From a virus, in the IMG/VR virus record IMGVR_UViG_3300027861_000011, positions 32,001 to 96,000 of that record: a stretch of DNA of 64,000 nucleotides; one strand, given 5' to 3'. Below the pieces are notes generated by a model. That model was not told where the DNA came from, did no database searches, and was given only the letters and a program-made list of their open reading frames with translations. Position 1 is the first letter of the stretch; each line of letters starts with the position of its first letter. This document shows, piece by piece, positions 49,901 through 59,974 of this stretch. A program made the position numbers and the translations under genes.

Positions 49901-51169
49901 TGTAAATTAGGTAGAAAGACAATAGTTACAATTAAATATGATGCTGACTTAAAACCAGCACCACCACCACCAGTAGTAGATAAGAAAGTAGAACCCCCTA
50001 TTCAAAGTAAACAAAATCTTGCGATGAACCCTAGTAGATTCTTTTCTGAATGTGATTATTTCACAAGATTAGAAGAAACATCACCAATAGTATATGATGA
50101 GATTAAAAGAAAAATCCCTTACTTTCACCCTAGTTTTCACTCTACAACACCAGAAGGATTTAATTCTAGACTTACATTCTTACAACAATGCACAAGGCAA
50201 GGACCAACACTTTCATCTGATAAAAGTAACCCAAGTAATTTAGCATTTGGTAGACCACCAGTATGTATACTTAGAATTGGTGATTTTTATCACACAAAAA
50301 TAATGATGGAGAGTCTTACAATAGATTATGACCCACTTGTATGGGATTTAAATCCAGAAGGTGTTGGTGTACAACCAATGATTGCTAATGTTACAGTTAG
50401 TTTCGTATTTATTGGTGGGTCAAGTCTTAAAGGTCCAATTAATAAATTACAAAATGCAGTATCATTCAATTACTTTGCTAATACCGAATTATATGATGTT
50501 AGAGCAGACGTTGTTAAAGAAGATGGTACTGTCGGGAATTATATTAATGAAGCTGCTGAAAGTGAAAAACAAAAAGATAAAAATACAGAACCAATTGTTG
50601 AAGACCAAGAAGTGGTTGCTAAGGAAATAGTTGAAGAAGAACCACCAGAACCAGAAGAAAGTGATGCTGTTAAAGCATTAAAAAACGCTCAGTTGAATGG
50701 ATGGACTGATGATGATAGTGGACTTGTTACAGTGGGAGTTTGGACTGATGGAGCATTTAATGATAAAGACTGGAATTACAATATCACAGTATTTCAAAAT
50801 AACCAAAGAGTTAAAATAGATACAGGTACACTTGATTTGGAAAAATTCGATGATGATAATAGATTTGAAATAGTTGTATCTAAATTAACAAGAAGTTTTG
50901 TTGGTAAAGTAACTCGTGAAGTAGATACTGGTCGTAAATATAGTAAATATGGTCCTAACTGTTTTAGTGCTAGTACAGACACAGTTATAGTTGATGAGAT
51001 ACCCATCGGAGTTGAATTTTGGAAAGATGGTGAAGAAACAATTCAACGTGGTTTAGCTCCTTATGTGTTAGGATGTGATGATTTAGATAATGAGCAAACT
51101 AGAGGTGATTTAGTTCCTGGTACAGATAACGCTGTATTTAATTTAATGCGATGTATAAGTTGTCCTTAA
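46997..51169 (+). CDS. baseplate hub / tube-initiator-like protein with an OmpA-C-like domain
   Basis: GRIMWFPPYD, FIGRGEPIYTY, FGRPPVCILRIGDFYHTKI; ITIEGYASSQG...NQKLSQKRADNVKSWL. Confidence 0.7.
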   Translation: MPNSINSLSPDLRDYLLNRNIISDTITSSGLDTLLQGIGIPSEISHSPESVQPSENIEVDGVFYKDLNVIINKYQGSDDDYEKVSINYLPGNTNSTWAGIPFNHESYKPGVAQLFDYTETNVPANGPFQGGNIREFNTTKNNFLDVSKQTKIDFNTQPVPSYQIGSYLDEYGALNVGGADTQTLDVLGSILNGGGVGFDPNGGGVVPDFDVRSSLVGRALNAGGAINDTKLGTLAVKYLAASIGNSVAMNLQEETIGRINLNPLSLLKGNNIIVPNYNITVAKGTLGKILDLGERMLGFETPVSLLGPGSSIFSKENPVGNIERAQSMILNTGKGQVLALIASLDQNLYKPQISDDRKKEGTAPTGEDGTNGTLYAFNNGDGGVVDLLNSSNIEGVTPAFLPNGLPDPTFIAQVSNAGAFESEHGKITSELNGGFNDEFGNLTHANSRNDSEAKFMWADKGSNKTNSEGASTGLQAFEDLGVKKSLLSKTKELFNSNKMRTLTSGHYVKDEKISEIQSGMHTKFSASGKLSKGSGVLSKGVLKGTATDGDKIFCRTWSTYDKYSSVNDLVRHSGLKKNLMINPHANVDASVLDKQGFPQIGPYNDRVNTSVDANGKKVNVENYMFSIENLAWYGSDMMSFLPDCEIGPGDPVTGRNGRIMWFPPYDISFNETTSVSLERNNFIGRGEPIYTYNNTERMGTLSWKIIIDHPNYMNFFPENWGDNEIASFYAGCLEDEKIVRKVFTSNERNEIELAEKPIVKEVVDEAEPGELTFIVYFKNDTTDISTLYENGKRNNAPDGDPNGYIEDTDIMGCYKSKLNDEGTALECIAGYGLGTTIGEGIVGSKGKVYNDLTNFGLNGQDQPISFKGKTHRGWMDDDFLPNLSDYISNECKYCKITIEGYASSQGASSKNQKLSQKRADNVKSWLISNVVPKNDTVSPEKRVVISEPTGKGETETGCTGEGGQDRGACKLGRKTIVTIKYDADLKPAPPPPVVDKKVEPPIQSKQNLAMNPSRFFSECDYFTRLEETSPIVYDEIKRKIPYFHPSFHSTTPEGFNSRLTFLQQCTRQGPTLSSDKSNPSNLAFGRPPVCILRIGDFYHTKIMMESLTIDYDPLVWDLNPEGVGVQPMIANVTVSFVFIGGSSLKGPINKLQNAVSFNYFANTELYDVRADVVKEDGTVGNYINEAAESEKQKDKNTEPIVEDQEVVAKEIVEEEPPEPEESDAVKALKNAQLNGWTDDDSGLVTVGVWTDGAFNDKDWNYNITVFQNNQRVKIDTGTLDLEKFDDDNRFEIVVSKLTRSFVGKVTREVDTGRKYSKYGPNCFSASTDTVIVDEIPIGVEFWKDGEETIQRGLAPYVLGCDDLDNEQTRGDLVPGTDNAVFNLMRCISCP

Positions 51170-51205
51170 TAAATTAAATATAATAAGATGTTAAAAAAAT
51201 AGATT

Positions 51206-51523
51206 ATGGCACAATACTTCGATAGATATGAAAAATTTAAAATAAACGGTGTAATGACACCAATTCCTGGATTAAAGATTCCAATAGACACAAGAGATAA
51301 AACAATTGTTTACAAATTAGGTGACACAAGACTTGACATTGTGAGTCAAAAGTATTATAATAGTCCATATTATGGGTTTTTAATTATGTTAGCAAATCCA
51401 GAATATGGTGGATTAGAATTTAACATTAAAGATAGAGATATTATTAGAATACCTTTCCCATATGAATCGGCAATTGAAAGGTACTTAAACCAGATAGAAA
51501 TTTATAAAGCATTATATGGCTGA
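51206..51523 (+). CDS. LysM-like baseplate wedge protein, gp53/gpX-like
   Basis: YKLGDTRLDIVSQKYYNSPYYGFLIMLANP...IRIP. Confidence 0.75.
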   Translation: MAQYFDRYEKFKINGVMTPIPGLKIPIDTRDKTIVYKLGDTRLDIVSQKYYNSPYYGFLIMLANPEYGGLEFNIKDRDIIRIPFPYESAIERYLNQIEIYKALYG

Positions 51524-54500
51524 AGAAAAAAAAGACCAAGTTGAAAAGTTATTATTATTTGAACCAAACCCATACGATAATGCTTTAATTCCAAATGAGA
51601 ATTTAACTATTTCAGTTGATTTAAAAACAACTAGAAAGGGAAGAAGTGTAATTTCTATTCCAGCAACAGGTGTTGGTAAAATAACAAATAATAATAACGG
51701 TAAAAGGTCTACTACTATAGGTTTTATTGACGGTACCCCAATTGGTAAAGATAAAAGAGCTTTAACAACTAATTATACTGAAGCTAATAGTAGCTTAACA
51801 GTTGAAGGTGAGAATGATTTAGAAAGTCTTGGTATTGAGAGTATTAATATTGAATTTGATACTGCTTATACACCAATGATTAAGATTAAATTTATTGATA
51901 TAAGAGGTCAATCTGTTTTTCAACAAGGGGTTAATTCAAAATATAAAATGTTTTTTGAATTACCTTACCCAATATTTGATTTAACTGTTAAAGGTTTTTT
52001 TGGTAAACCAGTTAAGTATTGCCTTCACTTAATTAAGTGGAATTCTGCTTTTAATTCAAATACTGGTAATTTCGAGATTGAAGCTGAATTTATAGGGTAT
52101 ACATATGCCTTATTAACTGATTTACTAATGGGTCTTATAAGAGCTGTAGTTTATACACCAGAAGGAAAACCAATTTTCGATGAATTTAAAGAAGAATGGG
52201 CTAAAAATGGTAGGACATTAACAACAATTGATGATATGTTAACAAGTATTGGTCAATTGGGTGATGAATTCGACAAGATAAAAGAAACTGATAAGAGTAT
52301 ACAACAAATAAATGATAGTACTGTAATATATGATTCAATAGACTTAATAGAAAGTAATTTAAATGAGTTAAATAAGAATATTGTCTCTGACCCAAGCACT
52401 TGGTTCGTACATGATAATGGCATTTTATGTACTGATAAAGCCAGAGCAGATACTAATTTCGTTGAAACAGCTTTAAAAACATTTAAAGAAAAAGTTAGAA
52501 CTGATTTAGAAAGACTAAATGAGACCATATCTACACAATATTCTAATTTAAAATTGGATGAACTTGAGATTAATGATATAAGAATTACTAGAGGTATTAC
52601 TGTAGATGATTTAAAAAATAAATCTACTGGTGTAAAAGCAATGTTTGACGCATCTAAAGCAGTAACTTCCCCATCTTTATATGATGAAACGGCTGAAACT
52701 ACAAGTGGGTCAAATAGCTTTGACTATGTTGGGGAAATGATAACTACAGTTATAGCTAATGTACCAAATATATCTACCCTTCCATCTAGCGAGGAAATTG
52801 TTATATATGACACAAGACCAGCCTTAATAGAATTAAATAGAGTTAAAAAGGAATTAAAAGATACTAATAGAACTTTAAGGAACGAAACTGGTGAAAAGTT
52901 AAGAAAAATTGCAAAAGAACAATTAAATTTCGACCCAACAATATATAATATATTCTCAATACTTACTGTTCATTGTGAAGTATTATTAAAAACAATTAGT
53001 AAAGTATCTAAAGCTGCTGAAAATAGCAGTAGTAGATATGGTGTATTAACTAAATTAACTAAGTATTTAAATAGTACAGACACTAATAATACTATATTTG
53101 CTTGGCCAGAATATAGAAAAGCAGAAAAAAATGGTTATCAAGAAACATGGTTAGGTACTGATTTAACAGATGGTGAAGCATTAAAAGTTAATGAAATAGT
53201 ATTTATTGAACATTTATTAGAAGAATTAATGAAGCTTGTAGAAAGGGATGATGAACTTGGTGATGAAATTGGTAATGAAAAAGCACAGTTCTGGCCAATA
53301 TCGACACTTGATATCCCCATGAGTGATAACTCATTTATCACTCAATCACCCTACACTGAAGCGTTAACTGGACCTACTTCGAAAACAACACCACAAGAAG
53401 CAACTAGATGTCTATTAATGAGAGCGTTTCTAGGTCTTTCGATAACCACAAACACCTTAACCAGAAATGTACGCAATGTGACTTTTTCCAAAATAGCTGG
53501 AATGACTGACAATGATGTAAAGTTCAAAGGTATATTCGAGGCTGAAAATCTTTATCGTACTATTTTAGTAGACATTGATAGAATTCGTGCTAGAGATATT
53601 ATAAATGGTATTATAGGATTAGGTTACGGAACAGAAGAAGGTAGTGAATTTGATGCTTCAATTGCTTCAAAGAAATTAATAGAAGAATGGGGTGTCGGTT
53701 ACGAAACGGAAGTTATAAATCCGCACGAAGGTCTCGTACCCCTACTTTATGACTACGGTGGGAGTGTCGGTTATAACTACATCTATAACACTAATGGTGA
53801 TGGAAGGTCGTATCTACCAATTAGCGGTAATTTTAGCGGTCAAGGATTCTATGAATCACCAGGAATCCTTAAATCTCAAAAGGAGATTAGTTACCTAGGT
53901 AATAAATATCTATTCACTGGTGGGGGATGTAATGATGCTCTGAATAGTGAAGCTAACGAAGAAGCTACTTATAAGTATCCAAATGATGGAGCTATTTATT
54001 TAAAAATATTATCAAAAGATGAATTTGAAAAAGGCTATAAAACCCAACCACAATACGGTGCTGATTCTCTAGCAATATATAGAACAGTAATTGCTGAAAA
54101 TTCTCCTATATCACAGAATACTTTATCTAACCCACTATACAATGTAGTACCTGATTTAAGTAATGATACTGGTATAGGTACTATTGATAGATACGGTGAT
54201 AGATTTTTAGCACCTACTTTCAAAAAAATACTTTATAATGGCCCTGGTGGTGACAAATTAACAGATACACTTCATTATTTACTGGATAATAGTAACGATT
54301 ATATGTTAGGTAATATATTATGTTCGTATTGGAATGGTGATATGAAAAGAGGAGAGTCAGAACCCCGACATTGGTCTGGTAATTATTTAGCTAAATCACC
54401 TGAACCAAGGACCTCCAATAATCAAGAAATTGATTGGGATGATGATGACCAATGGATTTATGGAAATAACTCAACATATAACGTCCTTAGAAGTGATATA

Positions 54501-57089
54501 CCAGATTTATATGGTAATACTAGAGATTTAATAGGTCATTTATACGGTGATATTAAGGGTGGTTCTCAGAGTAAAGTATTTTTACCATATATTGAATTTT
54601 CTGTTTCTAATGCTGAAGATTATGCCAACCATCATTTTAGTCTTTTTGGTAGTAAATGGTATTACCAACAAATAGAGCCAGAATCAAAAGCATTTTTATT
54701 TCTACATTCTTTCCCATGGCAAGGGTATATAGGTGATATAGGTGGTACACAAACAAAATATGACCAGTTAAATTGTAGTTTATTTGATATTTGGGAAAAT
54801 ATGTCCCCAGGTAGTGATGATACATATACAGTTAAAAGTTTATATAGAAATAATGGTGCATTTGTTAAAGCACCTAAGTTATGGGTTTTATTTATTGGGT
54901 CATTACTATATAGAGAACGATGGTTACATGGATATGGTGGACCTAATGCAGAAATGCCTAATTTCGGAACATATTCTCCGTCAAATACACCTAGCGGTTG
55001 GTGGAATTTTTCTTCTTCATTTGCTTGGCAAGATAGCGCATCCTACCTCCCAACAGGAAATAATATTGGTGGAAGAAATTACTTTAGAATGATGTACGAT
55101 ACTAGAGCCCAATCTCCATGTGGAATGAATTTTGTAATGGATGGTAATGATGAGAGCTCTGGTGGTATTAGAGATGATGAAGTGGAGAATCAGCGTTATG
55201 CTATGGTAGAGTATACAATTTCTGGATTGCCGCAACAAGTAAAGGAGGAATTTATAAACCAATTTGAAGACTTTGTTTACGATGAAAATGGATTCATTGC
55301 AATTCAAAAAAACTTTGAATTAGTTGACAATCCCCAAGAACTTGAAGAAAAATGGAATGAATTACACGCTTTACAAGAACCCGTATCGGAGAATGTAAAC
55401 AACTATGGGTTTGATGGATATATTTTAGACAATATTCGAACTTTATTTTACCCACCAACTCAAAAAACTTTAAGCCATGGATTTATGGATACATTAGAAT
55501 ATGAAAAAAATTGGGTAACCGTCAAGTCTTTAAAACAAGTGTTTCCAGATAAACTAGATGTATTAAAAAATTACGAGTTTGTGATGGCTGCTAGTGACTT
55601 TCCTTGGAATTCAGATTCGGAAGGAGTTAAAACAGGTAAAATATCGCAATTTAACTTAAAAAATAAATCTAGTGGCCCTGGTCAAAATTTACTTAGAAAA
55701 TTAATGAGTGAATATGTATATATTAATAATGCTAAACCTGAAGTATTTGATAGTTTCCTGAGATACGGTACTTTCGGACATAAAACAGACCCTGGTGGTG
55801 TTGGCGCTACTGGTAATGCCCCTAATACATTTAACGCTAATATTCTAGATGGCGAACCATTTAGGGAAATTAACGTTAAAAAAAGCGTGATGATTTCGTT
55901 CTTAGATGAATTTTTTAAAAGATTTAAAAAATTAACAGATGATTGGAGTGCGAATAATGACACCAAGGATGATGAAATACAAAACCGTCTTTTTAATACT
56001 ATTGATGATGATACTATAAAATTAAATCTTTACAGAACGATTGGTTCAATTCATAATAAATGGGTAGCTGGTACTGATAACCCATTTTATAATTGTGGTT
56101 TTAGTAATGATTATGATAAAAAAGTAGCTAAAAATAAAAGAAGTTCGTCTAATACTCACTTAATCGATTCATTTAGATTCTTAGATAGAGCGTTCAATGA
56201 TATAGGTGATGAATTCATAATAAACCCATTAGCTATATCAAATATGCTTGTTGGTAATTATAATCAAAGTTTTTTTGATATAGCTAATAAAATACTTATT
56301 GATAATAACTTTAATTTCATCGCATTACCAACATATGTTAATTTTAAAGACGAAAATGAATTGGCTGACATGTTTAAACCATATGCATATAAAGACGTTA
56401 ATTCAGCTTCTGGACCATCATTCGTATGTGTATATGTTGGTCAAACATCAAAACATTTAGATTTAGGTGTTGACTCAGACTATGATAATGATGGTATTAT
56501 AATTAATGTTGACAGTGAAGGTAAATATATTAATGGAGCGCCACCAGATTTTACTTTTAAAAAAAAGGATGACGGAAGCCTTAATATACCCTACTTTTTG
56601 GTTAGTTACGGACATTCTAATCAAAGTTTTTTTAAAGATATTAAATTAGACCAAAAAGAATTCGTTGAAACGGCTGAATCACTTCAAATAATTGAAGATA
56701 TATCTCAGCAAGCAGATAATAGAAAACCTAATTCTAATGGTCAAAACCTTTTTAATGTTTATCAAACAAGGTCATATTCAGCTGAAGTTGAGATGATGGG
56801 TAACGCCATGATTCAACCAATGATGTATTTCCAATTAAATAATATACCAATGTTTAGAGGTGCTTACATGATTATTAAAACATCACATAATATTACGGCA
56901 CATAATATGGTTACTAAATTTACTGGTGTAAGAGTTAAAAGAACCAAAACACCACTAGTTGAGGCATCAACAATATTTATGAACATTCTAGGTTCTTTAA
57001 CTAGCAGTGAAAGTGAAGAACAGGCTCGTGGCGGGAGAGATGTTCCGTTTGCATCACAACCAAACCCAGGTGGTATAGTAATAAGTTAA
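51516..57089 (+). CDS. very large baseplate hub-like protein
   Basis: 1857 aa; LGIESINI..IKFIDIRG N-terminus; EMMGNAMIQPMMYFQLNNIPMFRGAYMIIKTSH C-terminus. Confidence 0.65.
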   Translation: MAEEKKDQVEKLLLFEPNPYDNALIPNENLTISVDLKTTRKGRSVISIPATGVGKITNNNNGKRSTTIGFIDGTPIGKDKRALTTNYTEANSSLTVEGENDLESLGIESINIEFDTAYTPMIKIKFIDIRGQSVFQQGVNSKYKMFFELPYPIFDLTVKGFFGKPVKYCLHLIKWNSAFNSNTGNFEIEAEFIGYTYALLTDLLMGLIRAVVYTPEGKPIFDEFKEEWAKNGRTLTTIDDMLTSIGQLGDEFDKIKETDKSIQQINDSTVIYDSIDLIESNLNELNKNIVSDPSTWFVHDNGILCTDKARADTNFVETALKTFKEKVRTDLERLNETISTQYSNLKLDELEINDIRITRGITVDDLKNKSTGVKAMFDASKAVTSPSLYDETAETTSGSNSFDYVGEMITTVIANVPNISTLPSSEEIVIYDTRPALIELNRVKKELKDTNRTLRNETGEKLRKIAKEQLNFDPTIYNIFSILTVHCEVLLKTISKVSKAAENSSSRYGVLTKLTKYLNSTDTNNTIFAWPEYRKAEKNGYQETWLGTDLTDGEALKVNEIVFIEHLLEELMKLVERDDELGDEIGNEKAQFWPISTLDIPMSDNSFITQSPYTEALTGPTSKTTPQEATRCLLMRAFLGLSITTNTLTRNVRNVTFSKIAGMTDNDVKFKGIFEAENLYRTILVDIDRIRARDIINGIIGLGYGTEEGSEFDASIASKKLIEEWGVGYETEVINPHEGLVPLLYDYGGSVGYNYIYNTNGDGRSYLPISGNFSGQGFYESPGILKSQKEISYLGNKYLFTGGGCNDALNSEANEEATYKYPNDGAIYLKILSKDEFEKGYKTQPQYGADSLAIYRTVIAENSPISQNTLSNPLYNVVPDLSNDTGIGTIDRYGDRFLAPTFKKILYNGPGGDKLTDTLHYLLDNSNDYMLGNILCSYWNGDMKRGESEPRHWSGNYLAKSPEPRTSNNQEIDWDDDDQWIYGNNSTYNVLRSDIPDLYGNTRDLIGHLYGDIKGGSQSKVFLPYIEFSVSNAEDYANHHFSLFGSKWYYQQIEPESKAFLFLHSFPWQGYIGDIGGTQTKYDQLNCSLFDIWENMSPGSDDTYTVKSLYRNNGAFVKAPKLWVLFIGSLLYRERWLHGYGGPNAEMPNFGTYSPSNTPSGWWNFSSSFAWQDSASYLPTGNNIGGRNYFRMMYDTRAQSPCGMNFVMDGNDESSGGIRDDEVENQRYAMVEYTISGLPQQVKEEFINQFEDFVYDENGFIAIQKNFELVDNPQELEEKWNELHALQEPVSENVNNYGFDGYILDNIRTLFYPPTQKTLSHGFMDTLEYEKNWVTVKSLKQVFPDKLDVLKNYEFVMAASDFPWNSDSEGVKTGKISQFNLKNKSSGPGQNLLRKLMSEYVYINNAKPEVFDSFLRYGTFGHKTDPGGVGATGNAPNTFNANILDGEPFREINVKKSVMISFLDEFFKRFKKLTDDWSANNDTKDDEIQNRLFNTIDDDTIKLNLYRTIGSIHNKWVAGTDNPFYNCGFSNDYDKKVAKNKRSSSNTHLIDSFRFLDRAFNDIGDEFIINPLAISNMLVGNYNQSFFDIANKILIDNNFNFIALPTYVNFKDENELADMFKPYAYKDVNSASGPSFVCVYVGQTSKHLDLGVDSDYDNDGIIINVDSEGKYINGAPPDFTFKKKDDGSLNIPYFLVSYGHSNQSFFKDIKLDQKEFVETAESLQIIEDISQQADNRKPNSNGQNLFNVYQTRSYSAEVEMMGNAMIQPMMYFQLNNIPMFRGAYMIIKTSHNITAHNMVTKFTGVRVKRTKTPLVEASTIFMNILGSLTSSESEEQARGGRDVPFASQPNPGGIVIS

Positions 57090-57110
57090 TAAGTTAATAA
57101 AATAATAATT

Positions 57111-57857
57111 ATGGCAGAACAAAGTTTTATAAATGTTAAAGAGAAAAAATATCAAATATTAGTACCATGGTTCCAATACAAAAGAACACTGAGTCTTGAT
57201 AAAATAACTACAGTAGTTTTACATTGGACTGCTGGAAGTAGTGTAGGAAGTGATTACAAAACACTTCAAAAAAAGGGTTATGGGTATCATTTTATAGTAG
57301 ATAAAGAAGGTAATATATTCCAAGGAGCTCCACTAGACGCTAGGCTTAGTCATGCTGGTAATTCATATGGACCTAAAGGTACAGGTACTAATAACTATAG
57401 TCTTGGTATTTCATTTTCAACACGAGGTGATGAAGATAAAGAAGTCGGTAGTACTAAATTTAATACGCAACAAATAGAATCAGTAGTAAGGATTCTATCA
57501 GATTGTAAAGTTGCTTTACCTAATTTAAAATATATAAGTGGACATCACTGGGTTTCACCTGGAAGAAAGATTGACCCATGGACATTTCCATTTGACAGAT
57601 TAATGAAGTACCCAATTAGTACGGTAGACTCAGTAGAGCAAAATCTAACAAGTTTAGGTTTTGAATTATGGAAAACTGGTTACCTACCATTTCCAGAAGG
57701 CTTAAGTGATTGTAAATGTATTGAAAAATATTCTGATGGTAATTGTAAAAAATCAACGGGTGACTGTATAGGTCAAGGTAAATATAGCTATTCTGAAAGA
57801 AAGTTATCAACTGTTGTTACTGATGCATCATTCCAATCAGATTTAGATTCAGCATAA
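57111..57857 (+). CDS. N-acetylmuramoyl-L-alanine amidase (Amidase_2 type)
   Basis: VVLHWTAG, YHFIVDKEGNIFQ, HAG, SLGISF, GHHWVSPGRKIDP. Confidence 0.88.
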   Translation: MAEQSFINVKEKKYQILVPWFQYKRTLSLDKITTVVLHWTAGSSVGSDYKTLQKKGYGYHFIVDKEGNIFQGAPLDARLSHAGNSYGPKGTGTNNYSLGISFSTRGDEDKEVGSTKFNTQQIESVVRILSDCKVALPNLKYISGHHWVSPGRKIDPWTFPFDRLMKYPISTVDSVEQNLTSLGFELWKTGYLPFPEGLSDCKCIEKYSDGNCKKSTGDCIGQGKYSYSERKLSTVVTDASFQSDLDSA

Positions 57858-57882
57858 ATTAGAATAATTAATTTAATTACCG

Positions 57883-57890
57883 TATATTTG
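57883..57890 (+). promoter_or_regulatory. Bacteroidota -7 element
   Basis: TATATTTG just upstream of the ATG at 57897. Confidence 0.45.
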
Positions 57891-58496
57891 TATTATATGC
57901 AAATAGGTAACATAATAATAGATGATTATATTAAACTTGATGATAAGTTTAATATAACCAATTCATTAGATGATATAGTATCTGATATTCCTACATTAGT
58001 AATTGGTTTAGATAACGCTAAAAAACTAGGTGTAAATCTTAATTACTTAGATAGAAAGATTGATGATAATACATTCTGGACATTTAATAAAAAAGAAAAG
58101 AGAGTATTATTTGAGGAAGATTTATTTTATTTTATAGAACATTCTTATACTTTATTTAGAAAAAAAATATGTTTTAAATTTATAGACCTAATACTATCTA
58201 CTTCACAAGAAGTTAATAATATTTTTAATGATATTAAAGAATCTGATAATGTTATATCGTTTATTCATATCGATATGGTTTATATTTTTATAGATAAAAC
58301 CATATATGGTTTCGATTTAAGACAGATTAAATTCATAGGAAAGAATAAAATTACATTTATAGAGTTAATAAAGAATTTATCTGATGTCTTTTTGGATAAT
58401 GATAAGATACTTATAGAATATAAGAATGAGTTAAGTATGTTTAATGATGAGATTAAATATACCCCTTTAATCTATTCTATAAGAAACAATGACTAA
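57888..58496 (+). CDS. hypothetical protein (probable start 57897)
   Basis: 202-aa ORF. Confidence 0.65.
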   Translation: MYYMQIGNIIIDDYIKLDDKFNITNSLDDIVSDIPTLVIGLDNAKKLGVNLNYLDRKIDDNTFWTFNKKEKRVLFEEDLFYFIEHSYTLFRKKICFKFIDLILSTSQEVNNIFNDIKESDNVISFIHIDMVYIFIDKTIYGFDLRQIKFIGKNKITFIELIKNLSDVFLDNDKILIEYKNELSMFNDEIKYTPLIYSIRNND

Positions 58497-58890
58497 AAAC
58501 ATATTATTAGCTTCATTTATCTTCCCAGAAAGACTAGACTGGTTTCTAGGACACCTAGAAGATAAATTTAATATACCTAAAGAAAAGGTATTTATATTCC
58601 AAAACTTAGATGACGAATCTAAAGTAATAGTAACATTCAAGTTTGTAATCTCAAAAGATAAGAGAGTAAACTTTAATAGTTTGTTTCCAAATACTATTCT
58701 TATTCACAAAAAAGGTAATGCAATATACACTATAAACGCATTAAATAAATTGATTGAAGAAATTTCAGATGGTTCAATAGGTAATATTGATTATAAATCA
58801 GTAAAAATCAATTGGAAAGATTACCAAGATAAAATACTACTAATAAACAATAATAAGTTAAAGATATCTAATATAAAGCGTATTTTTTAA
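58489..58890 (+). CDS. hypothetical protein
   Basis: 133 aa; overlaps the upstream gene by 8 nt. Confidence 0.7.
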   Translation: MTKNILLASFIFPERLDWFLGHLEDKFNIPKEKVFIFQNLDDESKVIVTFKFVISKDKRVNFNSLFPNTILIHKKGNAIYTINALNKLIEEISDGSIGNIDYKSVKINWKDYQDKILLINNNKLKISNIKRIF

Positions 58891-58937
58891 CAATTTCCGT
58901 ATATTTATTAATATAATAAAGATAAAAAATAATCATT

Positions 58938-59123
58938 ATGAATAATAAAGATAATAAGTTACAAGATGGAATAAACAACTTTCTTAGTGATGACGAAAAA
59001 CAATCTGACCAAGCCAATATGGACTGTAGTTCTGGTGTTTGTGTTATAAAGGGTGATAAAAGCTTAGTTGAAAGAATCAACAAAAAAATAATAACAGAAG
59101 ATGGTAGAGAATTACTTACCTAA
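58938..59123 (+). CDS. small hypothetical protein with a CxxGxC motif
   Basis: CSSGVC; TATTTATT at 58902. Confidence 0.65.
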   Translation: MNNKDNKLQDGINNFLSDDEKQSDQANMDCSSGVCVIKGDKSLVERINKKIITEDGRELLT

Positions 59124-59138
59124 TAAAATCATACAAAG

Positions 59139-59876
59139 ATGAATAAAAATAACAATAAAGATTTACTTAATGAAGAGATTAAGAAATTTAATTTATTATC
59201 AGAATATGCTTTTTATACAGAAGATAGAGCTGGAGATAAATTAGATAATTCAGATTTAATACTTGGTGTTGCTGAAGCTGAAGAAGAAGAACCAGCGTTT
59301 GGTGATGAAGAACCTTTAGATGAACCAGAAGGAGAATCTTCTCCAGAAGGTGGAGAGGAAGAACCAGCAGAAGGTGGTTTTGGTGATGAGGAAGTTGGAG
59401 ATGAATTTGACTTCGGTAATGGGGAAGATTCAATGGAAGAACCAGACCCGATGGATGATGCGGTAGAATTAGATGTAACTGAATTAGTTAAAGGTTCTGA
59501 AGAAGCAAAAGCATCAGCTGATTCAGCTAATATGAAAATAGACCAATTATTAGGAATGGTTAATAAATTAGAAGGTCAATTAGATGGTATGTCAAAAATA
59601 TCACAAAAGATTGATAGTCTTGAAACTGAAATTGAAAAGAGAAACCCAACTGAAGATGAAAAAATTGAGATGCGTTCTTTAGATTCTTATCCTTATAATC
59701 TTAAGTTAACTGATTTCTGGTCAACCCAAGAAGGACAATACGATATAATGGGTACAGGAAATGAAGAAGAAGAAGAGGAATATGAATTAAATAAAGACTC
59801 AATTAATAGTGATTATGTTGAATCAGATATTAAACATTCATTTGATGAAGATGATTTTACTGAAGAAGAGATATAA
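59139..59876 (+). CDS. highly acidic protein with a coiled coil (scaffold or core-like, tentative)
   Basis: E/D/G/P-rich linker; heptad segment IDQLLGMVNKLEGQLDGMSKISQKIDSLETEIE. Confidence 0.6.
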   Translation: MNKNNNKDLLNEEIKKFNLLSEYAFYTEDRAGDKLDNSDLILGVAEAEEEEPAFGDEEPLDEPEGESSPEGGEEEPAEGGFGDEEVGDEFDFGNGEDSMEEPDPMDDAVELDVTELVKGSEEAKASADSANMKIDQLLGMVNKLEGQLDGMSKISQKIDSLETEIEKRNPTEDEKIEMRSLDSYPYNLKLTDFWSTQEGQYDIMGTGNEEEEEEYELNKDSINSDYVESDIKHSFDEDDFTEEEI

Positions 59877-59896
59877 GATATTATATAATTTTAATT

Positions 59897-59933
59897 AAAA
59901 ATGAGACGGTTGAAAAATCTTCTCATTTTTTTT
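59897..59933 (+). terminator. intrinsic terminator
   Basis: AAAAATGAGA...GAAA loop...TCTCATTTTTTTT. Confidence 0.75.
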
Positions 59934-59943
59934 GTTTAAAGGG

Positions 59944-59974
59944 TTGTGTAATTAAAAAAAATATAGTATATTTG
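59944..59974 (+). promoter_or_regulatory. Bacteroidota-type promoter of the SSB/RecA block
   Basis: TTG(59944)-N20-TATATTTG(59967-59974). Confidence 0.65.
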
